NCBI GenBank assembly: GCA_951406725.2
Contig: OX597817.1
Span: forward strand, 38,254,001-38,318,000
Direction: 5' to 3'
DNA from: Octopus vulgaris
Taxonomy: Eukaryota
Length of the DNA: 64,000 bases
Position 1 is the first letter of the stretch; each line of letters begins with the position of its first letter. The notes beneath the pieces were generated by a model, which saw only the letters and a list, made by a program, of their open reading frames with translations, was not told where the DNA came from and made no database searches. A program made the position numbers and the translations under genes. Positions 1 through 12,193 of the stretch are shown in pieces.

Positions 1-245
1 TTCACTTGTCCACTGGGGTTTGCAATCAGTGAGCAATTTTCTTCGAATATTGGCCCTATCTTGTACCGTACAGAAGCAGACACTTTTGCAAATCTATAGA
101 AGGCTTTAGGGTTTGTCTTTACATTTCTTATAGCCTTCTCTTCTGTCCTTACAGTCTTCTTTTTCTGTCCTCTTCTTTTCATGGTTCAAGTTCACTTTCA
201 ATCTCAAGCAATGTTTATTTGAGATAGGATTTTTCACTGTCTTTG
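1..245 (-). mobile_element. CR1/L2/Jockey-group LINE ORF2 fragment (EN-RT linker region)
   Basis: Minus strand translates as EEKAIRNVKTNPKAFYRFAK...KIGPI, matching the typical 'K.NPK.FY....IGPL' linker motif. Confidence 0.6.
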
Positions 246-282
246 ACTATCACATCACTATTCTTTACTGGACCAGTATATC

Positions 283-517
283 TTTTACCTGTTTCAATCA
301 TTAGACTGCGACAACGCTGGGACACCACCTTGAAGAATTTTAGTCGAATGAATCGACCCCAGTACTTTTCTCAAAATTCTGATACTGATTCTATCGATAT
401 CCTTGACCGAACCGCTAGGTTACGGGGAGAGAAACACACAAACACCGGTTTCAAGCGCGCAGGTGGCAAACATATACACAAACAAATACACACATACACA
501 TATATACGATGGACTTC
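283..517 (-). mobile_element. SINE family 1, degenerate 3' half
   Basis: Homologous to the 3' half of the full copy at 47777-48204. Confidence 0.7.
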
Positions 518-575
518 TATATAAATGCATGCATGTGTGTATGTATATATATATATATATACATGTGTATGTATT

Positions 576-635
<60 letters not shown>

Positions 636-1665
636 CGTATGTATTTATGTATACATGTATGCAATGCATATATATATATATATATTAATTTTGTATATGT
701 GCCTCTGTGCGGAAATGTGTGTGTGTAATATACGCTTGTAAGTGTATGATGTATTTTTAGAACGCATAAATATTCACAGATGGGCACATAAGGATATGGG
801 GAATGATAAATACTAGTACATAGCAACAACCAGATATTTACGTACAAACATACATACATATTTACAAAAGAGTGCATAGGATATTTTAATTGATAAAAGC
901 AATCAATTCTCTTTTTAATTTAATTTATAGCTAACATGTTTAACAGTAGCACTTCATTGTCGCCGACGAAAGAGATGGGGGGAGAGACTCACACAGAAGT
1001 AAGCAGAAGAGGAGAGAGAGAGAGAAAGTGAGTTAGAAATAGAGAGAGGAAGAGAGAGAGAGAGAAGGTGAGAGACAGAGACAGGCAGATCTGTTACAAA
1101 TACACGTGTGCATTAGTTACAATATTGTATTTGGTTTCTTGCAAACGCCGAAATATTGTGGAATGTTGCCAAACTGCCGTCACTTTTAGTATATCCTGAC
1201 CAACAGACTTAAAAACTTCTTGAACAGATCTCGTCCTGTCCTGGTCGATTTACTATTTACTAGCATCTGTAGAGGATAAATTGAAAAATTTTCGCTCTAA
1301 ATGGCCGCCCTAGCACGTATACATTTGATAAGTGTAAATATGTCTGACTGTTTCTGAGAATATGCTCATTTTCATGCATTTTAGGGTGTAATGTTAAACA
1401 TATGCTTAATGTTTCTCTTATCACCACTTCTGCAAGTACGGCGAAATCTATGATTTACTGAGGCGACGCAATACGACCGAAATATTTTGGAGTTGTCTTT
1501 CGTACCAGCCCGAAATCATTAAAATATTATTAGTCATTGAGCTTGTTTTATCTTTCCTTGACATATAATTATTTACGATTGCCTATTGTGTTTAACGTTC
1601 ATTGTACTAAATATGAGTTATCTTATATATATGTAGTATATGTATAAGCATATATATACATATAT

Positions 1666-2044
1666 GGCACAGACGTAGCTGTGTGGTTCCAGGTTCAGTC
1701 CCACGGCATGGCACCTTACGTAACTGTCTTCTATAGCCTCGGGCTGACAAAAGCCTTGTGAGTGGATGTGGTAGACGGTAAATGAAAGAAGCTCGACGTA
1801 TGTGTGTGTGTGTGTGAATGTGTCTGCGTCTTGGTGTCTGTATTTGTGCGCCCATCACCGCTTGACAACCGGTGTTGGTGTGTTCACGTCTCCTTAACTT
1901 AGTGGTTCTTCAAAAATGTCCGAAAGAATAAGTACTAGGCTTATGAAATAAGTCCCGCGGTCGATTTGTTCGACTAAAAACCTTGAAGGTGATGCTCCAG
2001 CATGACCTCAGTCAAATGACTGAAACAACTAAAAAGATAAAAGA
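1666..2044 (+). mobile_element. tRNA-derived SINE family 1, diverged copy
   Basis: B box GGTTCAGTCCC, internal (TG)n, tail GCTCCAGCATG...ATGACTGAAAC. Confidence 0.85.
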
Positions 2045-2045
2045 G

Positions 2046-2179
<134 letters not shown>

Positions 2180-3047
2180 TTTATACACACACACATATAT
2201 ACACACTCACATATACATACATGCTCACACACAGACACAAACACGTATGTAAGAATATAGAATGAAGACAGGCAAACAGATAGACAGACATATGCGATTA
2301 TGTTCCAGTTTTATATTTATCAAGCTTTCCTCTTTTTTTCGTTCGAGTCCCATGCTGCTTGATATAGTAAGGTCTCTAAATCTATCACCAACATTTGTAA
2401 ACTTTTATGATCTTATATTCAGCAGAATGAGGGCCAATATTATTAGAATTAGCGACAGTATTTGAATTTTCGATACATTTATATATTAATACCTACAATT
2501 ACAGTGTGTGTGCACGTATTTATACATACATACATACTCTCACACACATGCTCTCTCTCACGCGCGCGCGCAAACACACACGCATGCATAAGCACAAAAT
2601 ATGGATTTGTAAGTGTGAAATATTTATATATGTAGGTTATATGAAAGAATGTCTATATACATCTGTATGAGTGTGTGTGTGTGTGTGTGTGAGTGTGCGT
2701 GTGTGTGTGTGTATGTGTGTTTGCGTGTTTGTGTGGTTTGTGTGTGTGTATGTGATTGTGTGTGTTTGTGATTGTGTGCGAGAGAGAGAGAGAGAGAGAG
2801 AGAGAGGAATTACGTGTGTAAATTTGTATGTGTCAATATGTTTTTATGCACCTAAGTATATGTGAATGTGTGCGTGTTCATATAATTTTTAGCAACCATT
2901 TCCGTTCTCTCGGCTATAATTACTGGCGTTAATGATTAATTCTTAATTAGCAAATGTTAATTTTATCTCGTTCTTTGAAAGAAAGAAAAAAAGCCTCACC
3001 AGTCAACCACTGTCCTATTTGAATTATGTGGAAATGGGAAGTCCTCG

Positions 3048-3102
<55 letters not shown>

Positions 3103-3112
3103 TACATACATA

Positions 3113-3163
<51 letters not shown>

Positions 3164-3299
3164 TAGATAGATCCAGTATGTAATGCTTTATATACGAGAT
3201 CGGAAAAAAGAAAATAGAAATGATACAAGGCAAAATTAATTAGATATTTATTAACTCCTACACACAACAGTGATAAACAGGATCAATTACGTGCCAATT

Positions 3300-3497
3300 A
3301 GGGAACCTCTGTGTGGTCGCTTGCTTTGCAAGAAAGAGAAGTGAAATATCCATCTAATCACAAACAATAGTCTTTGATAAATGATAACAGTCTCAGGAAA
3401 ATGTGGTCCCGAATAGACAAAAACACAGGAAGGGCATGGCTTGAGCACCTTCGATTATAGGTTAACTTGATCAAAAGCTAAGCAAAAATAATAACAA
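3300..3497 (+). repeat. Old dispersed ~200-bp repeat, unclassified
   Basis: Diverged similar copies near 9740-9930(-), 29205-29420, 53530-53750 and 54035-54200. Confidence 0.45.
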
Positions 3498-4693
3498 GCG
3501 GATCAATTGCATGCCAATGATGGAGTTTTTATGTGGTAGTTAATGCAGCTCGAAGTAGCAGCCAGATTGCGACCAAGCTTTCTAAACTAATTTTTATTAT
3601 AGGAAAAACAACGCCCTGGCGTGTTTCCTAGAACACAACCATTTTCTCGACCCGTGAACACACCATCTGTCAACCCATCCAAATCATCCTTCATAAATCA
3701 CTCCGTTTCCTTTCCCACTTCCTTCTCTTTTATACGTTTCCTTTCTCCTTATATACTCTTACATACCCTTATTTCCTCGCCGCTTAATTAACTTTACATA
3801 AGTAATATTTTACAAGTTTAAATTTATCTTTAAAATCGGAAAAATCGAGATATATATAACCTTTGTAACGCTGAAACTTTTCAGCTTTAATACCTTTTGA
3901 AATTACTCCCAGAGTTCTTTATATTTGTTGCAGTCTGAGCTCCTGTACAATAAGTTTAATGTTTGTGCGCGCGCGTGTATGTGTGTGTGTATGTGTGCGT
4001 GTGCGTGTGTGTGTGTGTGTGTGCGTGCGTGTATGCGCGTGTATGTTTGCGTGTGAAATGAATATTAACTAGGGCATATAACCTAGAGTGACCAGTATTA
4101 TGTATTTGAAGAGCCAATATGAAAAAGGGTATATTATTAATATAGAAGATAAATTCTTGATTTATTGAAATTGTGTTTGCTCCCATAGGCAGTAGAATAA
4201 TCAGTTAGTGACTCTTGAGATGCTCTCTCCTTCTCCAAATAAGACGAAGAGATAATCTCGAGAGTCAAGAGATAATCTCGAGAACCAAGAAGACATAATC
4301 CCGAAAGCTAATAATTCTTTAAAACTACACACCATTAAAATAAAAGACAGAATGATTAGAATGATTGTATTTGGAGAAATAGATCTATGTAAATGTGTTT
4401 CTGCTTAGAAACAACGATCGCCCAATCTTCTCTCCAGCAGAAGGAGATCACTCAGAGTGGTCAGTGGGATATATTTGAACCATAAGGACGAATAAAGGTA
4501 TATTAAATATTATACAAGATCAATTCTTAAATTATTAAGGTATTCGTCTACTTCCAGAGCAGGTATAATAATTGCTTGGTGGAATAACTGGGACAATCCT
4601 CAAATGGCAAGGTGGGGGATCTCAAGAACCAAGAACTCTCCAAAACTGTGAGTCTTTAAACGAACAGTCTGATTGGCTTGGCTAGAGACGAGA

Positions 4694-4738
4694 ACTATTA
4701 ACAAGTGTTTCTGCCTCAATCAGTGCCATCAGCACACC
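4694..4738 (-). ncRNA. Degenerate hammerhead ribozyme, family A
   Basis: CUGAUGG-CACUG AUUG AGGCA-GAAAC ACUU GUU; A9 and stem II are decayed. Confidence 0.6.
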
Positions 4739-5107
4739 AGTTGCCCTCTCTTGTTCTAACAGAACGAAATACTTCGACATATATCATATAACAAAGTGTA
4801 GAACGCATTTATAGCCAGGGTAATTTGCATAAATAAAACGAAAATGAGGTAAGAGAAATAACTCAGAGTGGCCAATGCTGTATAGTTGAACAACGGAGAC
4901 GAATAATTAAATAGATTAAATAGCATGCAAGATAAGCATTTGATTAACCGAAATTATAACAGCTTCCAATAAAGTTAGAATAATTGTTCGGTGGCAATTA
5001 GTACCATCTCCAAATAAGAAAGGGAACAAAACTCAAGAATTAAGATTTTTCCAAAACTGACATGTCATTAAAGAAAATGGAGTCAGCTTACTTAAGAGAG
5101 CAGGGCA

Positions 5108-5152
5108 GCTATGGACAAATGTTTCTACCCCAATAAGCATCATCAGCTCAGC
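5108..5152 (-). ncRNA. Minimal type I hammerhead ribozyme, family A
   Basis: GCUGAG-CUGAUGA-UGCUU AUUG GGGUA-GAAAC AUUU GUC-CAUAGC: complete core, with stems I, II and III able to pair. Confidence 0.8.
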
Positions 5153-5329
5153 AGTTGCTCAATCTTCTCCTAAGAAGGACGAGATACTTAGATGTTTACA
5201 AAAAATGTAGAACACATTTATAGTGTAGGTAATTTGCACATACACACGCACACACACTCACACACAATCATACACACACACACTCACACACACACTCATA
5301 CACACACACACACAAACCGCCACCACCAA

Positions 5330-5935
5330 CACTACCTTGTACGAAAATAAGACACTTGAACATCTCAGGTGTAAATTCTTTGAGTTTAAAACTTTGACAC
5401 ATCCCGTTGATTGTTCCTGCATGTGTGATAAAATCATCATTCTCTTTTTTCGTTATATTCCAACACCTCCATTCGGGTGTTAAATAGAGAATTTTTATCA
5501 CCGAATATGTTAGATAGTAATTCTGTTGTTTCTTTAAAACAAATTTCATTGGGTTTGACGGGTAATAAGGGATTACAGTAACGTTCATGCTTTAACGGAG
5601 TCAATTTTCGCAATAACAATCTCACTTTTCGTTCGTCGGACCATGATTTGCAATCTTGCTTAAAAATCTCCTCATACCTTCTGTAGTACGGTGCAAAAGT
5701 TATACCCTCCTCTGAGTTATAACTGAATTCATTAATCGAGTTCGAAACGCCGTCTGGCGAAAACGAACTTTCCTCATTTTTGGGGATTTCTTTGAATATA
5801 GCTCCAATAATTGTTGTTGTTGTAGTTGTTGCTGTAATAGTGGCTTCTGTAACTCCTGTTGCTGCTCTTGTTGCTTTTGCAACTGTACTATGGAAGCTAA
5901 TAAGTCTTCCGTTATTTAACAAGTTGTATCACGAA
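5330..5935 (-). pseudogene. Ty3/gypsy (Mag-like) gag fragment, frameshifted and 3'-truncated
   Basis: EFSYNSEEGITFAPYYRRYEEIF...KVRLLLRKL...FKCLIFVQG is typical of invertebrate gypsy gag and lies directly downstream of an LTR and PBS. Confidence 0.75.
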
Positions 5936-5968
5936 CAAATTGCTAAATAACCTACGTGAGCTTCGAAA

Positions 5969-6250
5969 CCCTCGTCGCTAGATGTTGTAACATGATTTGT
6001 TACGTACAATAAATAAGGTAACCAGACAGCAGTGAAAACAATGTAATGAACTAACAGATCGTTTCACGAACCAACAATCAATATTCCTTGTAAACTAATC
6101 AACCTACAACTTCTGACTTTACTGCGAGCTAACACGAACTTCACTCGACTCCGAATTCTGAACCTGTAACTCACTCGGATCGTTACTATTTATACTTTAC
6201 TCGGACCAGCCTATCTCTCGCAAGGGGGCGCCGTAAGTCATATCACAACA
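5969..6250 (-). mobile_element. 5' LTR (5983-6250) plus primer-binding site
   Basis: LTR ends TGTTGTGATATGA...TCATGTTACAACA with an internal TATAAATA. It is followed 2 nt later by TAGCGACGAGG (near TGGCGACGAGG, tRNA-Ser-type PBS). Confidence 0.75.
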
Positions 6251-6262
6251 ATATTATTAGCA

Positions 6263-6460
6263 AAGCAAACTTACACAGAGTACAAAGACAGAAAATTAAG
6301 GGGAGAAGGTATGGTGTTACAGAGCCGACAGCTATTTCTGGGGGCTCGGAATTACTTCATAACGTTGGCAGATGTAGTTGGCAAAAAGTCAAGGATATGA
6401 AACCATTAGGGTTAGATACGTATCTTTCCATCCCGAAGACGGAGGCCAGATCAACCTAAA
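6263..6460 (-). mobile_element. PLE-type terminal repeat fragment, HHR family B, with its 5' part inverted
   Basis: Minus strand has CCCAGAAAUAGCUGUC plus a tail homologous to 9121-9183. A CCGAAGACGGAGGC segment lies on the + strand at ~6433. Confidence 0.55.
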
Positions 6461-7344
6461 ATTTTTGCATTGTCGCATTTATTGAACTCATAAAGCAAAG
6501 TATGCCGAATATGCTCCTTTGTCCCTTCCACTATAGCTTTGAAAAAAATAACTGTTAAAATCGAACTGCACTCTTCAAAACTTGCAATAAGAATAAGGAC
6601 AAGATAAAATTACAACTTGCTTTTATAGCAAGTTGGTGCAGGTAGCTTATTCTGTCCCCTCCATGCAATTGAAAAAACTGCATTATTTATGGGATGACCC
6701 AATGCATATTAGAATTGAGAATTACAGAAATATTACTTGTAGAGTCAGGAAAGTGGAAATTTTTTACTACTATCTATTCTCCATTACACGTCTTTGATTT
6801 GCTAATAGGCATTACAAAGTTTTATATGCTAGATAGACGTGTAGATCTTTGTAATTCCTATTATCAAATGGAACACATGTAATGGAGAATAAATAATACC
6901 CCAAAATTTCCACATTCCTGTTTTTTTAAATATATTATTTTTTTGTCAGTGTCCATGAGCCGTTTACAGGGCCACCTTAATTGGGGGCTTAGGATGAATG
7001 GAGGGAGAAAGGAAGAGAGTAAAGTGCTCCCAAACCAGAGACCAGGCTTGAATACTACAGCAAATGGGACTCTGTTAACGGCACCTAAGACACTGGGCTG
7101 GAACACAGATTATGTCTATCTTTCATGTAGACCATGGTGGGATTTTTATTCAAAACGAACTGACACGAAATAAATATGATCTATCCATTTTATGATCTAT
7201 TTTCAAATCTTAAACGAGTTAATATTTATTCCTCACGGAATGCATGGAATACCAATAACATGCAGGTTTTAATTTAATCGATTATGCACATATCAAATAC
7301 AAATTGGTGATTTTGTACCAAGATTATATACCTTTATTATCATA

Positions 7345-7720
7345 GTCAAAATGGTGATAAGATAGGACAACTAATATGCTGATGATGTCTATTGAGGCGG
7401 AAGCACCAGTTCACAGCTCTCCTCTTGATACCAGACAATTTTTTCGTTAATGGCACACTCAATTTTGGAACATTCTTGGTTCTTGAGTTTAGCTCTCCAT
7501 CTCATTTAAAGACGGTCCCAGTTTTGCCACCAAGGGATTATTCTACTTTTATGGAAGTTGACAAAATTTCAATAAATCAAGGATTTATCTTGTATGTTAA
7601 TATAACCTTATTCGTTTCGACTGCTCAAATAGATACCACTGGTTACCCCGAGTTATAGCTCTTCCTTCAATTTCGTTTCATTTATGCAAATTACTTAAAA
7701 TAGAATAAATACATAAATGC
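7345..7720 (+). repeat. Dispersed inverted monomer of the 4055-5240 repeat, with degenerate HHR at 7373-7417
   Basis: Reverse-complement homology to the array; CUGAUGA UGUCU AUUG AGGCG GAAGC ACCA GUU CACAGC. Confidence 0.7.
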
Positions 7721-8361
7721 ATCCTGTTTTATTGTGCCTGCGTAAGAATATCCTCCTCATGCTTATTTCCACGCGGATATGCAGCTTCTGATAAGGGAAA
7801 TTTATTAAGTATATCCCAGTTGTTGTAAAGCCCTAGTCTATTCTGATTAACCAGACATATGCGCCAAACCTTCCAGAGAGTATTTCGTAAATTTAATGAT
7901 ATCAATGAGTACATAATCTAATGTATTCTATATTTAAGACTTCACAGAATCACTTGACAGAGATTTTACTGCTGTTTTTAGCTAGCAACGCGTCTAGGTA
8001 GACACTCCTTCATTGTCTAGAAAGGTACTAGTAATATAATGTGGTTTATTGTAATTCATAAGTGTTGTCTGCGACAAAAGGATTTATTTCTAATCAAAAG
8101 AAATATATCTTCAAATATTACATTTACAACTCCATCTGCTAGGTCGCCATTTTCCATACAAACTAATGATGCCTGGATCACGATATAGCAACGTGTTGAA
8201 TGGAAAATCGTGATGAAAAGAATCGGTGTCAAGGAAATTGAATGTATATGTGTTTATACATATACATGCACATACAATTATATACATATGCCAATATACG
8301 CACAGATTTAAATACATGTATTCATATGTATTAATATCTATCTCTATCTATCTGTATGTAA

Positions 8362-8420
<59 letters not shown>

Positions 8421-8612
8421 TGTATGTATGTATATGAGTGTGTGTGTAGGTATATATGTTTATGGATATAGACATACACATATACATATGTACTTTTATC
8501 TATCTATCATCTCTTTCTCCCTCTCTCTCTATGTATATATATATTTATGTATGTATGTATCTACATATATACGCATATATATGCATACGTATGAATATAT
8601 ATTTTGAGTGTG

Positions 8613-8649
<37 letters not shown>

Positions 8650-8697
8650 GAGCAGACAAACAGACAGATAGATACGTAGATAGATAGATAGATAGAC

Positions 8698-8747
<50 letters not shown>

Positions 8748-8893
8748 TTGTATATGGAAATATTTACACACGCACATATATGATCATATACACATACACA
8801 CACTTATGAATGCACACATACACACACATATATATGTATGTACGTATGGATGCATGCATGCGGGTATCCTCAGTGTTACAGAAACGTTGCGTT

Positions 8894-9185
8894 ATCTTAC
8901 ATTTCAGATCATGATGCAGAGAAATTTAAAGGTGGAATGTTTGGATTTAAACATTCTACTTTAAAATTTCTCTGCATCTGAAGTGTAAGATTTTTTTCTA
9001 ACCTGATGACGGAGGCTTGGTTTATCCAATGTTTGTTTGTTTCCATTGCGGCCTACATATTCTGGTTAGCTTCATCAACCAGCATTCTAAGGGATTTCCG
9101 ATGCTCCAGAAACAGCTGTTGAATTATAACGCCTTATTTCTACCCCTTTAATTTTATCTGTCGTTTGTACTCTGCGTATGTTTGA
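8894..9185 (+). mobile_element. PLE-type terminal repeat: ~98-bp hairpin followed by HHR family B with a long stem II (8997-9125)
   Basis: Palindrome at 8894-8991; CUGAUGA-C-GGAG...~90 nt...CUCC-A-GAAAC AGCU GUU. Confidence 0.65.
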
Positions 9186-9269
9186 TCTATCAATATATAT
9201 ATATATTTATACTTGAATATTCATCGTCTGAAAGTCTTCAGTCTTTGCTTTCTGTCTATTTGTGTGTGT

Positions 9270-9548
9270 TCATACATACATACATACATACATACATACA
9301 TACATACATACATACATACATGCATACGCACATACATACGTGCATACATACATACATACATACATACATACATACATACATACATACATACATACATACA
9401 TACATACATGCATGCATACATACATAATACATACATACATACATACATACATACATACATACATGCATGCATACATACATAATACATACATACATACATA
9501 CATACATACATACATACATACATACATACATACATACAAACATACATA
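9270..9548 (+). repeat. (CATA)n microsatellite, representative of dozens of (TA)n, (TG)n, (GATA)n and (CATA)n tracts
   Basis: Direct observation. Confidence 0.95.
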
Positions 9549-10079
9549 TAGATATTGTATATGAAAACAAGATGTATGTAATTTGTTTATCCGCATAATT
9601 GCTTTCATATCCTCTCAACTAGATTCCCCTTATAGCCACTCTTTACGCCGCAGAATTGGTCCCTTGAAAAGGCATCGGAATCTAAGTTTGAATCATTTGG
9701 GCGCTTCTAGTCTGGCTGCTGATGTTCTTGTTTTTATTGCTGTTGTTGTTTGGTCTCTATTCAAACCGGATTTAGGGTTTAGGTATCAATGATTCAAAGC
9801 ATCCAAATCAAAATGGCCATCCTATCTTTTAAGGGATACGCAAGTCAACATTATTCAATGTGTCATTTCGTTTCCTAAACTTTAAAGAAGAACAGCTTTT
9901 ATTTCTAGCTAATCGAGTGAATACAGTTCCTTTACCGGATCATGTTTTTTTCTGTTTACACTTGGGAAAAGCAGTCTTATAGTTATCTTGTGGATAGCCT
10001 CGTACATTACTTTAGCGTGAACATGCTACAATGTAAAATTTTTTATGTAGGTATATATATATATATATATATATATACA

Positions 10080-10280
10080 TTCGGCATGCTGGACCGCTGA
10101 ACTCTATACGTTTTATTTTTTTTCATTCTCTTTCTTTTTATTTCGTCTTATTCTTTTCTGCTGAAGAGCGTAGGCTCGAAATGTAAAAGACGTTTTCATA
10201 TTTCCCGAGCGTCAAATTAATACACTTGCTTGTTGTTCATACGCTTGTCTTCGTCTTTTGTTTTTCTATAAATTTCAACT
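10080..10280 (+). mobile_element. Short repeat with HHR-like motif, family C (10154-10190)
   Basis: UUUU-CUGCUGA-A-GAGC GUAG GCUC-GAAAUGUA-AAAG. Second copy at 39570-39780(-); both end in (TA)n. Confidence 0.6.
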
Positions 10281-10624
10281 ATATATGCACACACGCACGC
10301 GCGCGCGCATATACATGTTCTCTATTTTTAATTATCTGAAATCTTCCTGAAAGAAGGAGCTGGTTTCTAAAAAAGATATAATGTTCTAACGTTAGATTAT
10401 GGATAGCAAAAGTAAATTCACATTTTGAATATGGGAGAAAATGTCTTGGTATTTTAACGTTCCGATTACTTATATTTGTAATGTGCGTGCTCGCAGACTG
10501 AATTTTTTTCTGAAAACCCCTGCTTATCAAGATTATCACTGAGGCATTTGGTCACTAAACCAAGAGCACAAATTATTACAGGTAAATATTTGTAATCTAG
10601 GTATAGAAACTGGGAGATTGCGAA

Positions 10625-11010
10625 GCGGTTGTCTGTAGTTGCCTGCTTTTTCTTTGATTTTCGAAAAGATATTCACATTAGCAGAGCAGCCGACTTCTAT
10701 GACGTTACATATTTTTCTTGTCTGTCCGAAACAGTATTCAGTCTATTATGTTTCCACTTGATAGAAGTTTTGATAGGAATGTTTCACCAATATCCCTCTT
10801 CTTTACGTTTATGCATGTATTAAATAACAGGATGGTTCTCCATGTATATGCCAGGATAGCCTTTTCCCTTGCACATGGCATTGTATATTGTGTCGGATTG
10901 GGAGGAAGTACCTTGATGAAAATTTTGGGCAGCTGCTGATCACGTGTGATGACTTCAACAGAAATGCGACCTGATCGGCATTTTCGGTTTCATTTTCGGG
11001 TTTCATGGTT
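10625..11010 (-). mobile_element. Degraded R4/Dong-like LINE fragment (zinc knuckle / RLE region)
   Basis: HVISSCPKFSSRYFLPIRH is homologous to HIISSCPKMSSRYYLPMRD at ~24020. Confidence 0.65.
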
Positions 11011-11039
11011 TTCATTGTCACTTTTGTGTGTGTATAGTA

Positions 11040-11088
<49 letters not shown>

Positions 11089-11199
11089 TACTACTACTAC
11101 TACTATGAACAACAATGAAAGTAATAAAGGTTATATCAACAGCACTAATAATAACCACAGTAACAAAGGAAAAATTAGAAATAGGAGAAAACTAGTAGT

Positions 11200-11610
11200 T
11201 ATGGACTAGAAAATAATGTGACAAAGAAATGGACAGGGACGCCTATCCTCCGGGAAATATATGCCTTCGTAAGAACGTGATATACAAATGTACAGCAGAA
11301 GCATTTGTATATGTTGGTACAACCGCGTGTTACTTCAATGACCGATATCGTAATCTTATTGTGACGTTTAAAAGCATTAACAAGAGATACTGCACGTCAC
11401 TCGCTGACCTGATCTGGAATTGGAAGGAAAAGTACAATATAGTATAACATGGACGGTGATAAAAAAAAAGTATACCGTGCAATATCTTTTCAAAATCATT
11501 TAATCTCTGTACCGGGGAGGCACTATTTTAATGTGTACAGATAAATTTAAGAATAGGTACCCTGAAATAGTTACACAGGCTAAAATGCACATTTTTGCAG
11601 TTTGATAAAA
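11200..11610 (+). pseudogene. Penelope-like element GIY-YIG endonuclease remnant
   Basis: CLRKNVIYKC...YVGTT...FNDRYRN..F...KRY.TSL...IW.WK matches the PLE VIY-YIG pattern. Confidence 0.75.
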
Positions 11611-12026
11611 ACAATTAATATCTAGAACTTTATCGCTGCAATCTGCTTATTTATTTTATTTTATTATATGGTAATAGTTTCGGTAGTTTTTTTTTAACAG
11701 TGAGAATGCGTGTAAGAAGTATATATGTTTGCATATATAAATAGATAAGTGTGCGTATAAAGAGAATTATATACTTAACTTTGTATGTGGGTTAGACTTT
11801 GAAATCTGTATATATTAATAATGTAAGCAGCAAAAATAGTAAGAACGTAAGAAGTGTGTATGTGTGCATATATAGATACATGTGCGTATATGTATATAAG
11901 ACCAAATTTACTACTTTGCATATGCGTATATGAAAGAATATGTATGAATGCGAGGGAGAGTTTACCTACTAACTTATTTACATTATTTACATTTGACAGA
12001 TATTTGTCCTCATCTTGTTTGTTGTT

Positions 12027-12072
12027 AACACAACGTTTCGGCTGATATACCCTCCAGCCTTCATCAGGTGAC
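12027..12072 (-). ncRNA. Minimal hammerhead ribozyme, family D
   Basis: GUCAC-CUGAUGA-A-GGCUG gaggguauau CAGCC-GAAAC GUU-GUGUU, with a palindromic AACGUU stem III. Confidence 0.7.
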
Positions 12073-12150
12073 TTGGGGAAATTTCGAACCTGGGTTCTCA
12101 TTCCTAAGGTATTTTTCGACATTATTATTATTATTATTATTATTATTATG

Positions 12151-12192
<42 letters not shown>

Positions 12193-12193
<1 letters not shown>

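Larger units (their letters stand above)
4055..5240 (-). repeat. Tandem array of ~3 diverged ~414-bp monomers, each with a hammerhead motif (retrozyme-like)
   Basis: Shared blocks recur (ACTCAGAGTGG; AGAACCAAGAA; GTTTCT at 4397, 4707 and 5121). Spacing is 310 bp (deleted unit) and 414 bp. Confidence 0.75.
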
